The translations under genes and the position numbers were made by a program. Shown piece after piece: positions 9,815 through 19,698 of a stretch of DNA of 64,000 nt. Position 1 is the first letter of the stretch. Each line of letters begins with the position of its first letter. Under the pieces are notes generated by a model. It ran no database searches and was not told the origin of the DNA. It saw only the letters and a list, made by a program, of their open reading frames with translations. Origin of the DNA: Acidobacteriota bacterium. GTDB lineage: Bacteria; Acidobacteriota; UBA890; WLXD01. The stretch covers positions 160,001-224,000 of the forward strand of contig CAXWPH010000002.1 in NCBI GenBank assembly GCA_963666055.2, written 5' to 3'.

Positions 9815-11179
9815 TCAGACGCTCCTGCGGCCGTAGCCCCCGAACACCGCCATCAGCACGATCGACAGCAGCAGCCACGAGTGCAGGTTGGCCATGCCGA
9901 CTTGCATGGCACCCAGTCGCGGCATCCCGGTTGCCGAACCGGAAGCGGTCAGCGAAGCGGCGAGAATGGTAGGGATGAACCATGGGAGCAGAAACGGGTA
10001 GGTGCATACGGTGGTGTCGAGCAGGTTGGCACGGCGCGTCGGTCCGACGCCGAGTTGCTCGCCGGTCTGGCGGGCGAACGCTCCCACCGCCAGAATCGCG
10101 ACGACGGAATGTGTGGTCAGCATGACGGCGCCGGACACCGCTGCGAAGATCCAGACCTCTGCGCCGCGCTCCGATCGCACCGATCGACGCGTTGTACGCA
10201 CCAGGCGATCGAGCAAACCGCTGGCCTCGATACCGGCTACCAGTCCCATCAACAGCAGCGTGAAGATCGAGATGCCGAGGGCTCGTTCGATGCCTTCTAC
10301 GACCAGCCCGCGTGCCGCGAAGGCTCCAGGCTCGATTCGAAGTACGTCGCTTGGCTGGATCAACCCTCCGATCCAGCCTACCGCCAACGCTACGGCGATC
10401 CCCGCCAGCAAGCCCTCCACCAGATGGTGCCGCCGTAGCAGCATGACGAACACGAGAGCCGGAGCGACGAGCAACGCCAGCGGCGCGGCACTGCCGGTGG
10501 CCTCCGACGTGATCGGGAGACTGTCGCCGCCGCCGAGTACCGTGTACCCGAGCAGCGCGATCCCGGCGGCGGGAAGGGCGTAGCGCAAGCGTGACCGCAC
10601 CACCTCGCCGATCGGCGCTCCCTGTGTGGTGGCCGAGGCGATGGTCGTATCGGAGACGGGAGAGATGTTGTCGCCGAATGTCGCACCGCCGATGATCGCG
10701 CCGGCGAGGATCACAGGGTCGGTTCCCAGCGCCGCTCCGGCCGGGTAGAGCACCGGAAGACACAAGATCAACGTCCCCAGGCTGGTACCCGTCGAGGCGG
10801 AGAACAGGCAGCAGACGAGAAACGCTGCCGCCGCATAGCCACCGCCGTGCAGCCCACTCGCCTGCGCTGCCCCAGCGAGCGCGTTTACCAAGCCGCCGCC
10901 GGTGAGCAGTGCGCCGAGGATTCCGGCGAGCATCCACGCCATCAGCATGAGCATGACGATCGGTTGGCTCATCCCGCGCAGCAACGTGTTGCAATACCGC
11001 TCGCGGTCGCGGGCCAGCAGCAGAGCCACCAGAATGGCGGCGATCAGCACTGGCCACAGGCCGCGCTCATCCGGTGCTCCGGAGAGCCCCAGCCAGGTGA
11101 CACCGGCGATGAACATTACGAACGGCGCCAGCGCTGCGGCACTGCCGCCGAAGAACCCGAGTGGACGCGCTTCTTGCAT
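9815..11179 (-). CDS. NhaC-family Na+/H+ antiporter / amino-acid transporter
   Basis: Polytopic membrane protein with STGTSLGT and GATFGDNISPVSDTTIASA NhaC signatures. Confidence 0.85.
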   Translation of the reverse strand: MQEARPLGFFGGSAAALAPFVMFIAGVTWLGLSGAPDERGLWPVLIAAILVALLLARDRERYCNTLLRGMSQPIVMLMLMAWMLAGILGALLTGGGLVNALAGAAQASGLHGGGYAAAAFLVCCLFSASTGTSLGTLILCLPVLYPAGAALGTDPVILAGAIIGGATFGDNISPVSDTTIASATTQGAPIGEVVRSRLRYALPAAGIALLGYTVLGGGDSLPITSEATGSAAPLALLVAPALVFVMLLRRHHLVEGLLAGIAVALAVGWIGGLIQPSDVLRIEPGAFAARGLVVEGIERALGISIFTLLLMGLVAGIEASGLLDRLVRTTRRSVRSERGAEVWIFAAVSGAVMLTTHSVVAILAVGAFARQTGEQLGVGPTRRANLLDTTVCTYPFLLPWFIPTILAASLTASGSATGMPRLGAMQVGMANLHSWLLLSIVLMAVFGGYGRRSV

Positions 11180-11265
11180 CTACGCTCCCGGCAGCGTAAC
11201 CAGACCCATCAGAATTCCCGGTGGCCTGCCAGGGACCAACCTTATCGGAAGCGGGAGAGGTCAGC

Positions 11266-11610
11266 ATGAATGAACACGACGACGAGTTCACCCTGTACGA
11301 CCTACGTGTCGAGGTGGTTGCAGGAGACCGCCCGATGGTCTGCGCTCATCGGGAAGGCGACTATTTCGAGCTGCGCGGCGAGAACCTGTCGTTTCCAGCG
11401 GGTCAGACGTTCCCGATATACCCGCTGGCCGCTTTGCTGCCGTTGCTGCCGGCCAAGCAGCGCGAAACGCATCCACACGACTGGATGACCACCGACATGG
11501 AGGTCGCCTGCCCGGATCCTCTTTGCGGCGGACGCTTCCGCATCACCCGCCGGGGTCGCACCACCTTCCGTCATCAGGACGTGACTGCGGTGCGGCTGCC
11601 TAAGGAGTGA
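11266..11610 (+). CDS. TIGR04076 family protein
   Basis: FTLYDLRVEV, C.H..GDYFEL.GE, LLPLLPAKQR, ACPDP.CG; lies just upstream of an aldo/keto reductase, the usual context. Confidence 0.8.
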   Translation: MNEHDDEFTLYDLRVEVVAGDRPMVCAHREGDYFELRGENLSFPAGQTFPIYPLAALLPLLPAKQRETHPHDWMTTDMEVACPDPLCGGRFRITRRGRTTFRHQDVTAVRLPKE

Positions 11611-11617
11611 CGCTGGC

Positions 11618-12667
11618 GTGAGGAGCCGACAAATGGAGATCACCCCCGGGTATACGGTGCCGCCGATCATTGTTGGGCTCTGGCAGCTTTCAGCCGGACA
11701 TGCTCGGGGCGGCGCCGAGGATCGATCCCGGGTGCTCGCTGGTCTGGAGCGGTTTGTCGAGGCCGGACTGTGCACGTTCGATTGCGCCGACATCTATACC
11801 GGTGTGGAGGAGTTGTTGGGGGACCTTCGCAGAAGGTTGTCGGGCGGTGCCGCGCGGCTTCGCGTGCATACGAAGTTCGTGCCCGATCGTGATGCCCTCG
11901 CAACGATCAACCGCGGCTACGTGGCGCATGTCATCGATCGTTCGCTCCGCCGGCTCGGAGTCGAGCGCCTCGATATGGTGCAGTTCTACTGGTGGGACGA
12001 CGACGTTTCGGGGTACCTCGATACGGCTGGTTGGTTGTGCGATTTTCAGCGCGCCGGAAAGATCCGCCTGATCGCGGCCACTAACCTGGATGTCGCCCAC
12101 TTGAGCGAGCTCGCCGACGCCGGCATCCACCTGGTGAGCAACCAGGTGCAGTACTCGCTGCTCGACCGCCGCCCAGAACACGCGTTGGCCGACTACTGCG
12201 CGACGAACGACGCGTATTTGCTTTGCTATGGCACCGTCGCAGGTGGTTTCCTGTCGAATCGCTGGCTGGGCAGTCCAGAGCCGCACGCCCCGTGGGCCAA
12301 TCGGTCGCTGCAGAAGTACCGGCTCATCGTCGACGAATTCGGCGGCTGGGACGCTTTGCAGAAGCTGTTGCGGGTGCTTGCCGATATCGGCGCGCGTCAC
12401 CAGGCAACGGTTGCCAACGTCGCGACACGATGGGTTCTAGGGCGCGCAGGAGTCGCGGCAGCGATCGTCGGTGCGCGTAACGCCGATTACCTGGACGAAA
12501 TGACGCGGACCCTTGAGCTCACGCTCGACGCTGAAGATTACTCGCGCATCGACGACGTACTGGTTCGGCAACCCGGTCCCGACGGCGATGTGTTCTCGCT
12601 CGAGCGCAACTCCGAGAGCCCGCACGCGGCCATCATGCGCACCAATCTGAGCCGCGAATCGGGTTGA
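11618..12667 (+). CDS. Aldo/keto reductase
   Basis: GLWQ, FDCADIY, HTKFVP, SLRRLG, NQVQYSLLD, AIVGAR. Confidence 0.9.
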   Translation: MRSRQMEITPGYTVPPIIVGLWQLSAGHARGGAEDRSRVLAGLERFVEAGLCTFDCADIYTGVEELLGDLRRRLSGGAARLRVHTKFVPDRDALATINRGYVAHVIDRSLRRLGVERLDMVQFYWWDDDVSGYLDTAGWLCDFQRAGKIRLIAATNLDVAHLSELADAGIHLVSNQVQYSLLDRRPEHALADYCATNDAYLLCYGTVAGGFLSNRWLGSPEPHAPWANRSLQKYRLIVDEFGGWDALQKLLRVLADIGARHQATVANVATRWVLGRAGVAAAIVGARNADYLDEMTRTLELTLDAEDYSRIDDVLVRQPGPDGDVFSLERNSESPHAAIMRTNLSRESG

Positions 12668-12764
12668 ACCCCGGCGTGAAGCGGCTACGATACGGAGCTG
12701 GGTGTGGAGACCGAGGGTGATATCCACACGGCACGCGCCGGTTTCCTCACATGAGGGCAGGTAC

Positions 12765-13520
12765 ATGAACGGCGACATCAGAGTGGTCACGTTCGACGCT
12801 CGCGGCACGCTCTTGAAGGTGCGATTCTCGGTCGGCGAGACGTACAGCGCTGTGGCCAGGCGGCACGGCGCTGACCTGTCGACCACTGCGATCGAGGCGG
12901 CGTTCTTTGCGGTGTTTCCCAGCATGCCGCCGCTGGCCTTCCCACCCATGCACGATGAGCAGCTGCGCGAGCGTGAGCATCAGTGGTGGCGGACTCTGGT
13001 GGAGCGGGTCGTCGAATCCGCCGATCAGCAGGTCGACGACTTCGACGAGTTCTTCGCCGAGCTGTATTCGCTATACCGTGGCGCCGAGGGTTGGAAGCCA
13101 TATCGTGAGGCGGCATCAGTGCTGTGCTTGCTGCGCTCGGCCGGCTACAAGCTGGGCGTCGTGTCCAACTTCGACTCGCGCATCGAGGATGTGTTGTTGG
13201 CGCTGAACATGAGCATCTGGTTCGACTCGGTGGTGTTCTCCTCGCGCGCCGGTGTCGCCAAGCCGGGTGTCGGGATCTTCCGGCGGGCTCTGGCCGAGCT
13301 CGATGTAAAGGCGGAGCACGCGTTGCATGTCGGCGACAGCCTCCGTAAGGACTGGGAAGGCGCCCGCAACGTCGGAATGAAGGCCATCCTGCTCGATCGC
13401 ACCGCTCGTTACGCCGCCAACACGCCCTCGGATTGCGATGTGGTCCCCAGCCTCGAGGCAGTGCTCGAACGCCTCGGCGTGGCTGGCTTTTCCGAGTTGG
13501 CGCGCGCCCACGCCAGCTAG
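12765..13520 (+). CDS. HAD-IA hydrolase (REG-2/HDHD3-like)
   Basis: TFDARGTL motif I, VVSNFD, KP..GIF, HVGDS...D..GA. Confidence 0.85.
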   Translation: MNGDIRVVTFDARGTLLKVRFSVGETYSAVARRHGADLSTTAIEAAFFAVFPSMPPLAFPPMHDEQLREREHQWWRTLVERVVESADQQVDDFDEFFAELYSLYRGAEGWKPYREAASVLCLLRSAGYKLGVVSNFDSRIEDVLLALNMSIWFDSVVFSSRAGVAKPGVGIFRRALAELDVKAEHALHVGDSLRKDWEGARNVGMKAILLDRTARYAANTPSDCDVVPSLEAVLERLGVAGFSELARAHAS

Positions 13521-13534
13521 CAGGCCGTGGTGGC
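13517..13534 (+). repeat. 18-bp dispersed repeat CTAGCAGGCCGTGGTGGC, copy 1
   Basis: Exact reverse-complement copy at 24930-24947; both overlap TAG stop codons. Confidence 0.6.
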
Positions 13535-13535
13535 T

Positions 13536-14456
13536 TCAGTCCCCGATGTCGTCTGACACGAGGGCGATCTGGTCACCCATCGGACTTACTGCCAGCCGCG
13601 TGATCGAGCTTATCCCCGCCGTCGATAGATCCGCCGCCAGCGTCCAGGTGTCGTCCCGGAACGGGTCGCGCACGAACACCCGCGAGTCGGTAGCCATCAG
13701 CATGCGGCCGTCCGGAGTCCACGCCAGGTCCTGGCTCCCCGGCAAGGCGTCGACGAGCTCGAACACCGCTCCGTTGATTGGGTTCACCAGTCGGATCGCC
13801 CAGTGGTCGCCATCACGCTGCAGGAAGCTGAAGAAGTCAGGGTCGTGGCGCGCCTGCAGCGATCGGCCGATGTCCTGCGCCACCGTCGTGGTGGTATCCG
13901 TGCGGAGGTCGGCCAGCTGCAACGTCGGCGGCTCGCCGAGGATGAACAGAATCAACGAACCGTACCGGTTCCAGGAGTGGTAGCCGACCGGGGCAACGTC
14001 GGGGAGCAGCAGTCGCGGCGAGGTGCCGTCGCGACGGAATGTCCACAGTCGTTGAGTCCCGTCCGACTCGACTCGTACAACCGACATGTCTTCGTTGGCC
14101 GGCCATACGACGCTGGGCGAGTATTCCGACTCGGGGGTGGCGGTGATTTGTGTGTGCTCTCCCGACGACAGATCCACCCGGAAGATGTCGGTCTGCTCGC
14201 CGCGTTGCGACGTGTACAACAGGCCGTCGCCCTCGGGCTCGAAGTGGGGTTGGTTGTCGTAGCCCGGGCGGTTGGTGAGGTTGCGCGGAGCACCCAAGGT
14301 TGGCGGGCTCGACGCAAGATCCAGATCGACGAGAAAGATATCGGTTCCCGGCGCCGCCTGCCTGGAACCCGGGACGGCTGCTGACAGCGTCGCGACACCC
14401 GCCAGCAGAATTATCAGCCTCGAGGCAACGGTCTGCAAAGCTTTCCTCCCGCGCAT
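13536..14456 (-). CDS. TolB-like/PD40 beta-propeller secreted protein
   Basis: Signal peptide, NLTNRPGYDNQPHF, TPESEYSP, PVGYHSW, RLAVSP. Start uncertain (14456 or 14534). Confidence 0.8.
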   Translation of the reverse strand: MRGRKALQTVASRLIILLAGVATLSAAVPGSRQAAPGTDIFLVDLDLASSPPTLGAPRNLTNRPGYDNQPHFEPEGDGLLYTSQRGEQTDIFRVDLSSGEHTQITATPESEYSPSVVWPANEDMSVVRVESDGTQRLWTFRRDGTSPRLLLPDVAPVGYHSWNRYGSLILFILGEPPTLQLADLRTDTTTTVAQDIGRSLQARHDPDFFSFLQRDGDHWAIRLVNPINGAVFELVDALPGSQDLAWTPDGRMLMATDSRVFVRDPFRDDTWTLAADLSTAGISSITRLAVSPMGDQIALVSDDIGD

Positions 14457-14569
14457 GCGATGGTGTGGCGCAGAGAATACCGTGCCTTGCGCCCGCCGCG
14501 TCGATCCGCTTCTCTGTGTGCTGCTCATAGTCATGTCCCCGCGGCAGCGGGCTGGATTGGAGAACCTCG

Positions 14570-15030
14570 ATGTCGTTGCTGGAGATGCTCGCGCAACAGG
14601 TGGGCGGAAACCTCGTAGCCGATCTTGCCCGTCAACTCGGATCGGACCAAGGCGCAACCGGAAACGCGGTGACCGCAGCTTTGCCGGCGCTGGCGGCGGC
14701 GATAGCATCCTCGGGCATGTGCTGGGAAGTCGGCGTGGCCCGATGGAGCAGAGTCTCAGTCGCTCCAGCGGCCTGGACGTGGGCACGATCACAAAGTTGT
14801 TGCCGTTGTTGGCGCCGATCGTGATGGGCATGCTGGGCAAGCAGCAACGTCAGCAAGGCCTGGACGCCGGCGGGCTGGCGGGAATGCTTTCCGGAGAGCA
14901 GGCACGTGTCGAGCGTCAAGCGCCCGGAATGCTGGGTAAGCTACTCGATGCCGACGGCGATGGCGACGCCACGGACGACGTCCTGCGGATGGGCGCCAGT
15001 CTGCTCGGAGGGCTCTTCGGCAAGAGGTGA
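14570..15030 (+). pseudogene. DUF937 family protein, frameshifted with probable internal deletion
   Basis: N-terminus MSLLEMLAQQVGG...AVTAALP lies in one frame. C-terminus ILGHVLG...LLPLLAPIVMG.LGK...LDADGDG..DD...LLGGLFGKR lies in another. Junction near 14690. Confidence 0.75.
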
Positions 15031-15097
15031 GCTCGCGGCTCCGCGACCGGCTCCGACAGGGCTGGTATCCCGGCAATCGGTCCCCGGGGTCGAGGTG

Positions 15098-15415
15098 CTA
15101 GGTCGTGCCGTCGCCACCCAGGCAAGGCGGCGACTCGATGCGTGCGGCTTCGGTTTCGGCGAACTCCTCGGGAGTCAGCGTCTGGATCCCGAGCGCGTGG
15201 ATGCCATCCTGCCGCTCGGCGTCAAGCAACTGGTAGATTCGCTGGTGACGTCGCACCCGCGTCTCGCCGTTGAACGCGGCCGACACTACGAAGACGCGAA
15301 AGTGGGTCTCCGATCCGGGTGCCACATTGTGCATGCCGCTCTCGTTCACAACCTCGAGACGCTCGGGGTGGAGCGCGTCTTGTAGCTTGCTTTCAATTCG
15401 ACTCTGCAATTGCAT
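15098..15415 (-). CDS. bolA: BolA family protein
   Basis: LEVVNESGMH, ETHF.V.VVS..F.G..RV.RH..IY, IHAL. Confidence 0.92.
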   Translation of the reverse strand: MQLQSRIESKLQDALHPERLEVVNESGMHNVAPGSETHFRVFVVSAAFNGETRVRRHQRIYQLLDAERQDGIHALGIQTLTPEEFAETEAARIESPPCLGGDGTT

Positions 15416-15468
15416 CAGGAGCACCTGCTTCACAGGGAGTGACTATTGTAGAGGCTCGGAGGTGGCGG

Positions 15469-15825
15469 ATGGGACGATCGATGCTGCGACGGGCGCTCCT
15501 GTCGATCTTGTTTGTCGCGGTCGGCTACGCGGGCTTGTCGGGAGCCTCGTCGGCGGCGATCCAGGAACGTGTCGAGGGAGTGTGGGACGCACGAACCTAC
15601 GTGCTTGCCGACGGCACCCTTCATTCGGTTGAGCTCAACCTGTCGGTTGGTGACGCCGTTCAGGGCCTGCCAGAGGCGCCGTTACGGATGATTGCCCGAC
15701 ACCCGGAGCAGGCGGTTCCCGAGACAGCTCGCGTGACGGTCGAAGGAGACGCTCTGACACTCCTGTTCCCGAGCGGCAACCGCCTCTACTTCGAGCCTGT
15801 GAAGCCGCCGTCGGGTCAACCATGA
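15469..15825 (+). CDS. Small secreted hypothetical protein (lipocalin-like start EGVW)
   Basis: Signal peptide; GGAGG RBS; stop overlaps the next ATG (ATGA). Confidence 0.55.
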   Translation: MGRSMLRRALLSILFVAVGYAGLSGASSAAIQERVEGVWDARTYVLADGTLHSVELNLSVGDAVQGLPEAPLRMIARHPEQAVPETARVTVEGDALTLLFPSGNRLYFEPVKPPSGQP

Positions 15826-16382
15826 AAGTTCTCGTCGGCTCGACAAACCCGGTGAAGCGTGCCTCGGTAGAGGAGGCGTTCGGACTCTTCTTCGATACTC
15901 CTCATGTGCGGGGCGTGGCGGTTCCCTCGGGGGTGCCCGACCAGCCGGTCAACGACGAGACGTTGATCGGTGCACGCAATCGGGCGACGGCGCTGCGCGC
16001 CCTTCGCGAAGACCGTGAAGTCGACTATTTCGTCGGTATCGAGGGTGGAATCGTCGAGCAAGCCGAGCGGGTGTTCGCGTTCGGCGGCATGTGCGTGGTC
16101 GATCGACAGGGTCGTGAGGCTCTGGGCAGCTCGCCTCACTTCGAGCTGCCACCTAACGTCGCCCGCCAGGTGCTGGCGGGACGCGAGCTGGGCATGGTGA
16201 TCGATGAAATCACCGGCCAGCAGAACAGCAAGCACAAGGGCGGAGCGATCGGATACTTCACGCGCGGTGTGATGGACCGTCGCGCACTGTACGTAGCCGG
16301 CCTCGTGGTCACGCTGGTGCCGTTCTTGAATCATGCCTTGTACTTCAACGACGGCTCGGTGCAATCGGTAGGCGGGGCGTGA
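15822..16382 (+). CDS. yjjX: Inosine/xanthosine triphosphatase (NTPase I-T)
   Basis: VGSTNPVK, SGVPDQP, GARNRA, GIEGG, ELG, GAIG.FT.G..DR. Confidence 0.92.
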   Translation: MKVLVGSTNPVKRASVEEAFGLFFDTPHVRGVAVPSGVPDQPVNDETLIGARNRATALRALREDREVDYFVGIEGGIVEQAERVFAFGGMCVVDRQGREALGSSPHFELPPNVARQVLAGRELGMVIDEITGQQNSKHKGGAIGYFTRGVMDRRALYVAGLVVTLVPFLNHALYFNDGSVQSVGGA

Positions 16383-16807
16383 GCGCCGTGCCGGGCCCGC
16401 GCGTCGGCGGCATCGTAGAGACCTCGCTCTACGTGTCAGATCTCGATCGCGCCGAGCGCTTCTATCGACGTCTGTTTGGCTTCGAACGGCTTGTCGGGGA
16501 CGATCGTATGCGGGCGCTGGCTGTCTGCGAGCGGCAGGTGCTGCTGCTGTTTCGTCGCGGCGGCTCTCTGCAGTCCATAGAAACGTCTGAGGGCACGATC
16601 CCGCCTCACGACGGCGTCGGGCAGCTGCACGTGGCGTTTGCCTCTCGAGCCGATGAGCTCGACGATTGGGGGCGCCGCCTGGCGGCCGCGGGCATCGAGG
16701 TCGAGAGTCGGATGCGATGGCCGGCCGGGGGAGAGAGCGTGTTCTTCCGCGACCCCGATGGCCATCTGGTCGAGCTGGTCACTCCGGGCTTGTGGGCAGT
16801 GTACTGA
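16379..16807 (+). CDS. VOC/glyoxalase family protein
   Basis: ETSLYVSDLDRAERFY, HVAF, FFRDPDGHLVEL. Confidence 0.9.
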   Translation: MSAVPGPRVGGIVETSLYVSDLDRAERFYRRLFGFERLVGDDRMRALAVCERQVLLLFRRGGSLQSIETSEGTIPPHDGVGQLHVAFASRADELDDWGRRLAAAGIEVESRMRWPAGGESVFFRDPDGHLVELVTPGLWAVY

Positions 16808-16823
16808 GGCTGATAGCGCATCG

Positions 16824-17759
16824 ATGCTTGGCGAACGGAGCTTGGGCTGGCTGGCGATTGCGGTGTGCTCGATCGCCGCCTGTGGCCCCGCAGATGGCGA
16901 CCCCGAACCGCTCGTTCCTGGCGCTGTGCATCGCTTCGAGACGGTTGGCGAAGAGCGCTGGCACTGGGTGGAGTCGGGTTCTGGTCCGCCGCTCGTCGTC
17001 CTGCACGGCTTCCCCGAGAGCTGGTACGCCTGGAGCGAGCTTGTCGAGACGATGGCCTCTGATTTCCGCGTGCTGGCTGTCGATCTCAAGGGCGCGGGGC
17101 TGTCTAGCACTAGCGACGGCGACTATAGCGTCGCGGCGATGGCCGACGAGCTGGCCGCGCTGCTCGAGCAGATCGGCGTCGATCGGTTCTACCTCGCAGG
17201 CCACGACTGGGGCGGGCTGGTCGGAGCGCGGCTGGCTGGCGAGCATCCGCAGCGAGTTATCGCCTACGCACACGTCAGCGCGCCGGTCGAACGCTACGAC
17301 CTGAGCCGCATGGCCGATCTGCGCGACTTGTACAACGATCCCGAATCGGCGACCGCCCTGATGTTGAACGCCGAGCTGTTCGTAAAGCGGATGCTGGGCC
17401 TCACCGTGGCGGGGGGAGTCGAGGCGCTCTCAGCACAGCGCGTACAGCACCATATCGACTCCTTCGGTCGGGGCGATGTCCGCGCCGCAATGGCGCGCTA
17501 TTTCCGTGATCTGGACCTTGACGAGGGCTGGCGCCTCGGCGGACGCGCGCGAGCCGACTGGTCGCGCATGAGCTTTCCCGTCCTGGTGCTGGCCGGCGGC
17601 CGCGACCTGATGGTGCCGCTGGAGGAATACCTCGGTGTGCACGGACGCGCCCCCGGCCTCGAACGTGTGGTGGTGATCGACGGGGCAGGGCACTATCCGC
17701 ACGAGGAACGGCCCCTCGAGGTGATCGACATCCTGCAGGAGTTCTTCGAGCGAACATGA
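16824..17759 (+). CDS. Epoxide-hydrolase-like alpha/beta hydrolase, lipoprotein
   Basis: HGFP, DLKGAG, GHDWGG (Asp nucleophile), GHYPHEE; lipobox SIAAC. Confidence 0.85.
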   Translation: MLGERSLGWLAIAVCSIAACGPADGDPEPLVPGAVHRFETVGEERWHWVESGSGPPLVVLHGFPESWYAWSELVETMASDFRVLAVDLKGAGLSSTSDGDYSVAAMADELAALLEQIGVDRFYLAGHDWGGLVGARLAGEHPQRVIAYAHVSAPVERYDLSRMADLRDLYNDPESATALMLNAELFVKRMLGLTVAGGVEALSAQRVQHHIDSFGRGDVRAAMARYFRDLDLDEGWRLGGRARADWSRMSFPVLVLAGGRDLMVPLEEYLGVHGRAPGLERVVVIDGAGHYPHEERPLEVIDILQEFFERT

Positions 17760-18736
17760 GCGAGTTTCCCGTCGTCCGCGCCGCCGTTGTGCAGGCTGCC
17801 CCGGTGCTGTTCGAGCGTGACGCCACCATCGACAAGCTTGCCGATCTGGTTGCCGACGCCAGCGCAGCGGGAGCGCGTCTCGTGGTGCTGCCAGAGGCGT
17901 TCATCCCCGCCTATCCTCGAGGTCTCTCGTTTGGCGCTGTGGTCGGCAGCCGCAGCGAGGAAGGACGCGACCTATGGGCTCGCTACTGGGCTAACTCGGT
18001 CGACCTGGACGGGCCGGAAGGGCAGCGAGTCGCCGATATCGCCGCCCGTAACGACGTCTATCTGGCGGTCGGAGTGATCGAGAAGGACTCCGAGTTCGGT
18101 GCCGGGACGCTTTATTGCACGCTGGCCTACTTCGGCCCCGTTGGCACACTGCTCGGCAAGCATCGGAAGCTGAAACCGACCGGGTCAGAGCGCCTGATCT
18201 GGGGTGAGGGTGACGGCAGCACGCTGAGCACAGTGCACACCGAGTGGGCAACTCTTGGCGGCCTTATCTGCTGGGAGAACTACATGCCGCTCGCTCGGGC
18301 GACGATGTACGCCAAAGGTGTGGAGATCTACATTGCGCCGACCGCCGACTGCCGAGATACATGGCAGGCGACGATGCGACACATCGCTGTAGAAGGTCGC
18401 TGCTTCGTGCTGGGCTGCAATCAGTTCGTTACGCGCGCCATGTATCCGGCCGACCTGCGCGCCAGCGCGGAGATTCAAGACCTTCCGGAAGAAGTGTGCC
18501 GCGGCGGCAGCGTCGTGTACTCGCCGCAGGGAGAGCTTCTTGCTGGACCGTTGTACGGTGCTGAAGGAATGCTGGTCGTCGAGCTGGACATGCGTGAGAT
18601 AACCCGCGGCAAGTACGATTTCGACCCGGTGGGGCACTACGGTCGTCACGACGTGTTCCGTTTGAGCGTCGACGAACGACCCCAGCGCCCGTTGTACGGC
18701 GGCGGTCCCGAAAACCGTCGCCACGGCGATTCATGA
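17756..18736 (+). CDS. Nitrilase (carbon-nitrogen hydrolase)
   Basis: PEAFIPAYP, HRKLKPT..ER..WG.GDG, ICWENYMP catalytic E-K-C, FDPVGHY. Confidence 0.92.
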   Translation: MSEFPVVRAAVVQAAPVLFERDATIDKLADLVADASAAGARLVVLPEAFIPAYPRGLSFGAVVGSRSEEGRDLWARYWANSVDLDGPEGQRVADIAARNDVYLAVGVIEKDSEFGAGTLYCTLAYFGPVGTLLGKHRKLKPTGSERLIWGEGDGSTLSTVHTEWATLGGLICWENYMPLARATMYAKGVEIYIAPTADCRDTWQATMRHIAVEGRCFVLGCNQFVTRAMYPADLRASAEIQDLPEEVCRGGSVVYSPQGELLAGPLYGAEGMLVVELDMREITRGKYDFDPVGHYGRHDVFRLSVDERPQRPLYGGGPENRRHGDS

Positions 18737-19698
18737 GCGAGCTAGCCGTCAGCTACGACGACGTGGTGGCCGCTGCCCGGCGTCTGCGCGGTGTCGCGCA
18801 TCGGACGCCCGTGTTGAGCTCGCGCAGTTTCAACGAGCGCTGCGGCGGCACCGTGTTTTTCAAGTGCGAGAGCTTGCAGCGCAGCGGGGCATTCAAGTTC
18901 CGTGGCGCCTACAACGCGCTGTCCAAGCTGTCTCCAGACGAGGCTGCCCGCGGGGTGGTCGCCTACTCGAGTGGCAACCACGCGCAGGCGATGGCGCTTG
19001 CCGGCAAGCTTCTCGAAATCCCGGTCACGATCGTCATGCCCGACGATGCGGCGCAGGTAAAGGTCGACGCGACGCGCGGCTACGGGGCAGGGATCGTCAC
19101 CTACGACCCGCACACCGAGCGACGCGAGGAGCTCGGGGCGGCGATCCGCGACGAGCGTGGCCTGGTGCTGGTGCCGCCCTTCGACCACCCCGACATCGTC
19201 GCGGGGCAGGGGACGGCTGCGCTCGAGCTGCTTCGAGAGACGGGAGAGCTCGACATGCTCCTGACGCCGTGTGGCGGCGCTGGTCTGCTGTCGGGGTGTG
19301 CTATCGCCACTGCTGCGATGGCGCCGGGCTGCCGGGTGATCGGGGTTGAGCCCGAAGCCGGGGACGACGCCAATCGCTCGTTTCGTAGCGGCAAGCTCGA
19401 GAGCGTCGAGTATCCTGACACCATCGCTGACGGTGCCCGAACGCTGTCGCTCGGGGAGATCACCTTCCCGATTGTTTGCTCCAAGGTGGCTGACATGGCG
19501 ACGGTATCGGATGAAGCGTTGCTGCGAACGATGCGGTTCCTGTTCGAACGTCTCAAGATCGTCATCGAGCCCACCGGCGCGCTGGCGGCGGCGGCCGTCC
19601 TCGAGCACGTTGTCGATGTGCACGACCTTCGCGTCGGCGTCGTGCTCAGTGGCGGCAACGTCGATCCGACAAGCATCGGTGCATGGTTCAGCGACTGA
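18733..19698 (+). CDS. PLP-dependent Ser/Thr dehydratase family (threo-3-hydroxyaspartate ammonia-lyase-like)
   Basis: KCESLQRSGAFKFRGA, SSGNHAQ, GQGT, PCGGAGL, SGGNVD. Confidence 0.92.
   Translation: MSELAVSYDDVVAAARRLRGVAHRTPVLSSRSFNERCGGTVFFKCESLQRSGAFKFRGAYNALSKLSPDEAARGVVAYSSGNHAQAMALAGKLLEIPVTIVMPDDAAQVKVDATRGYGAGIVTYDPHTERREELGAAIRDERGLVLVPPFDHPDIVAGQGTAALELLRETGELDMLLTPCGGAGLLSGCAIATAAMAPGCRVIGVEPEAGDDANRSFRSGKLESVEYPDTIADGARTLSLGEITFPIVCSKVADMATVSDEALLRTMRFLFERLKIVIEPTGALAAAAVLEHVVDVHDLRVGVVLSGGNVDPTSIGAWFSD

Noticed and set aside
9726-11057. Long alternative-frame and antisense ORFs (here 443 aa; also 18742-19713, 19346-20410, 25906-26802)
   Set aside because: Arg/Ala/Pro-rich shadow ORFs expected at high GC, overlapping well-supported genes.
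11180-11265. Possible TPP or SAM-I riboswitch upstream of TIGR04076/NhaC (GACCC..GAA..TGCCAGGGA; CTTATC..GAGAGG)
   Set aside because: Lacks the CTGAGA and CCTGAT TPP cores and is too short for SAM-I.
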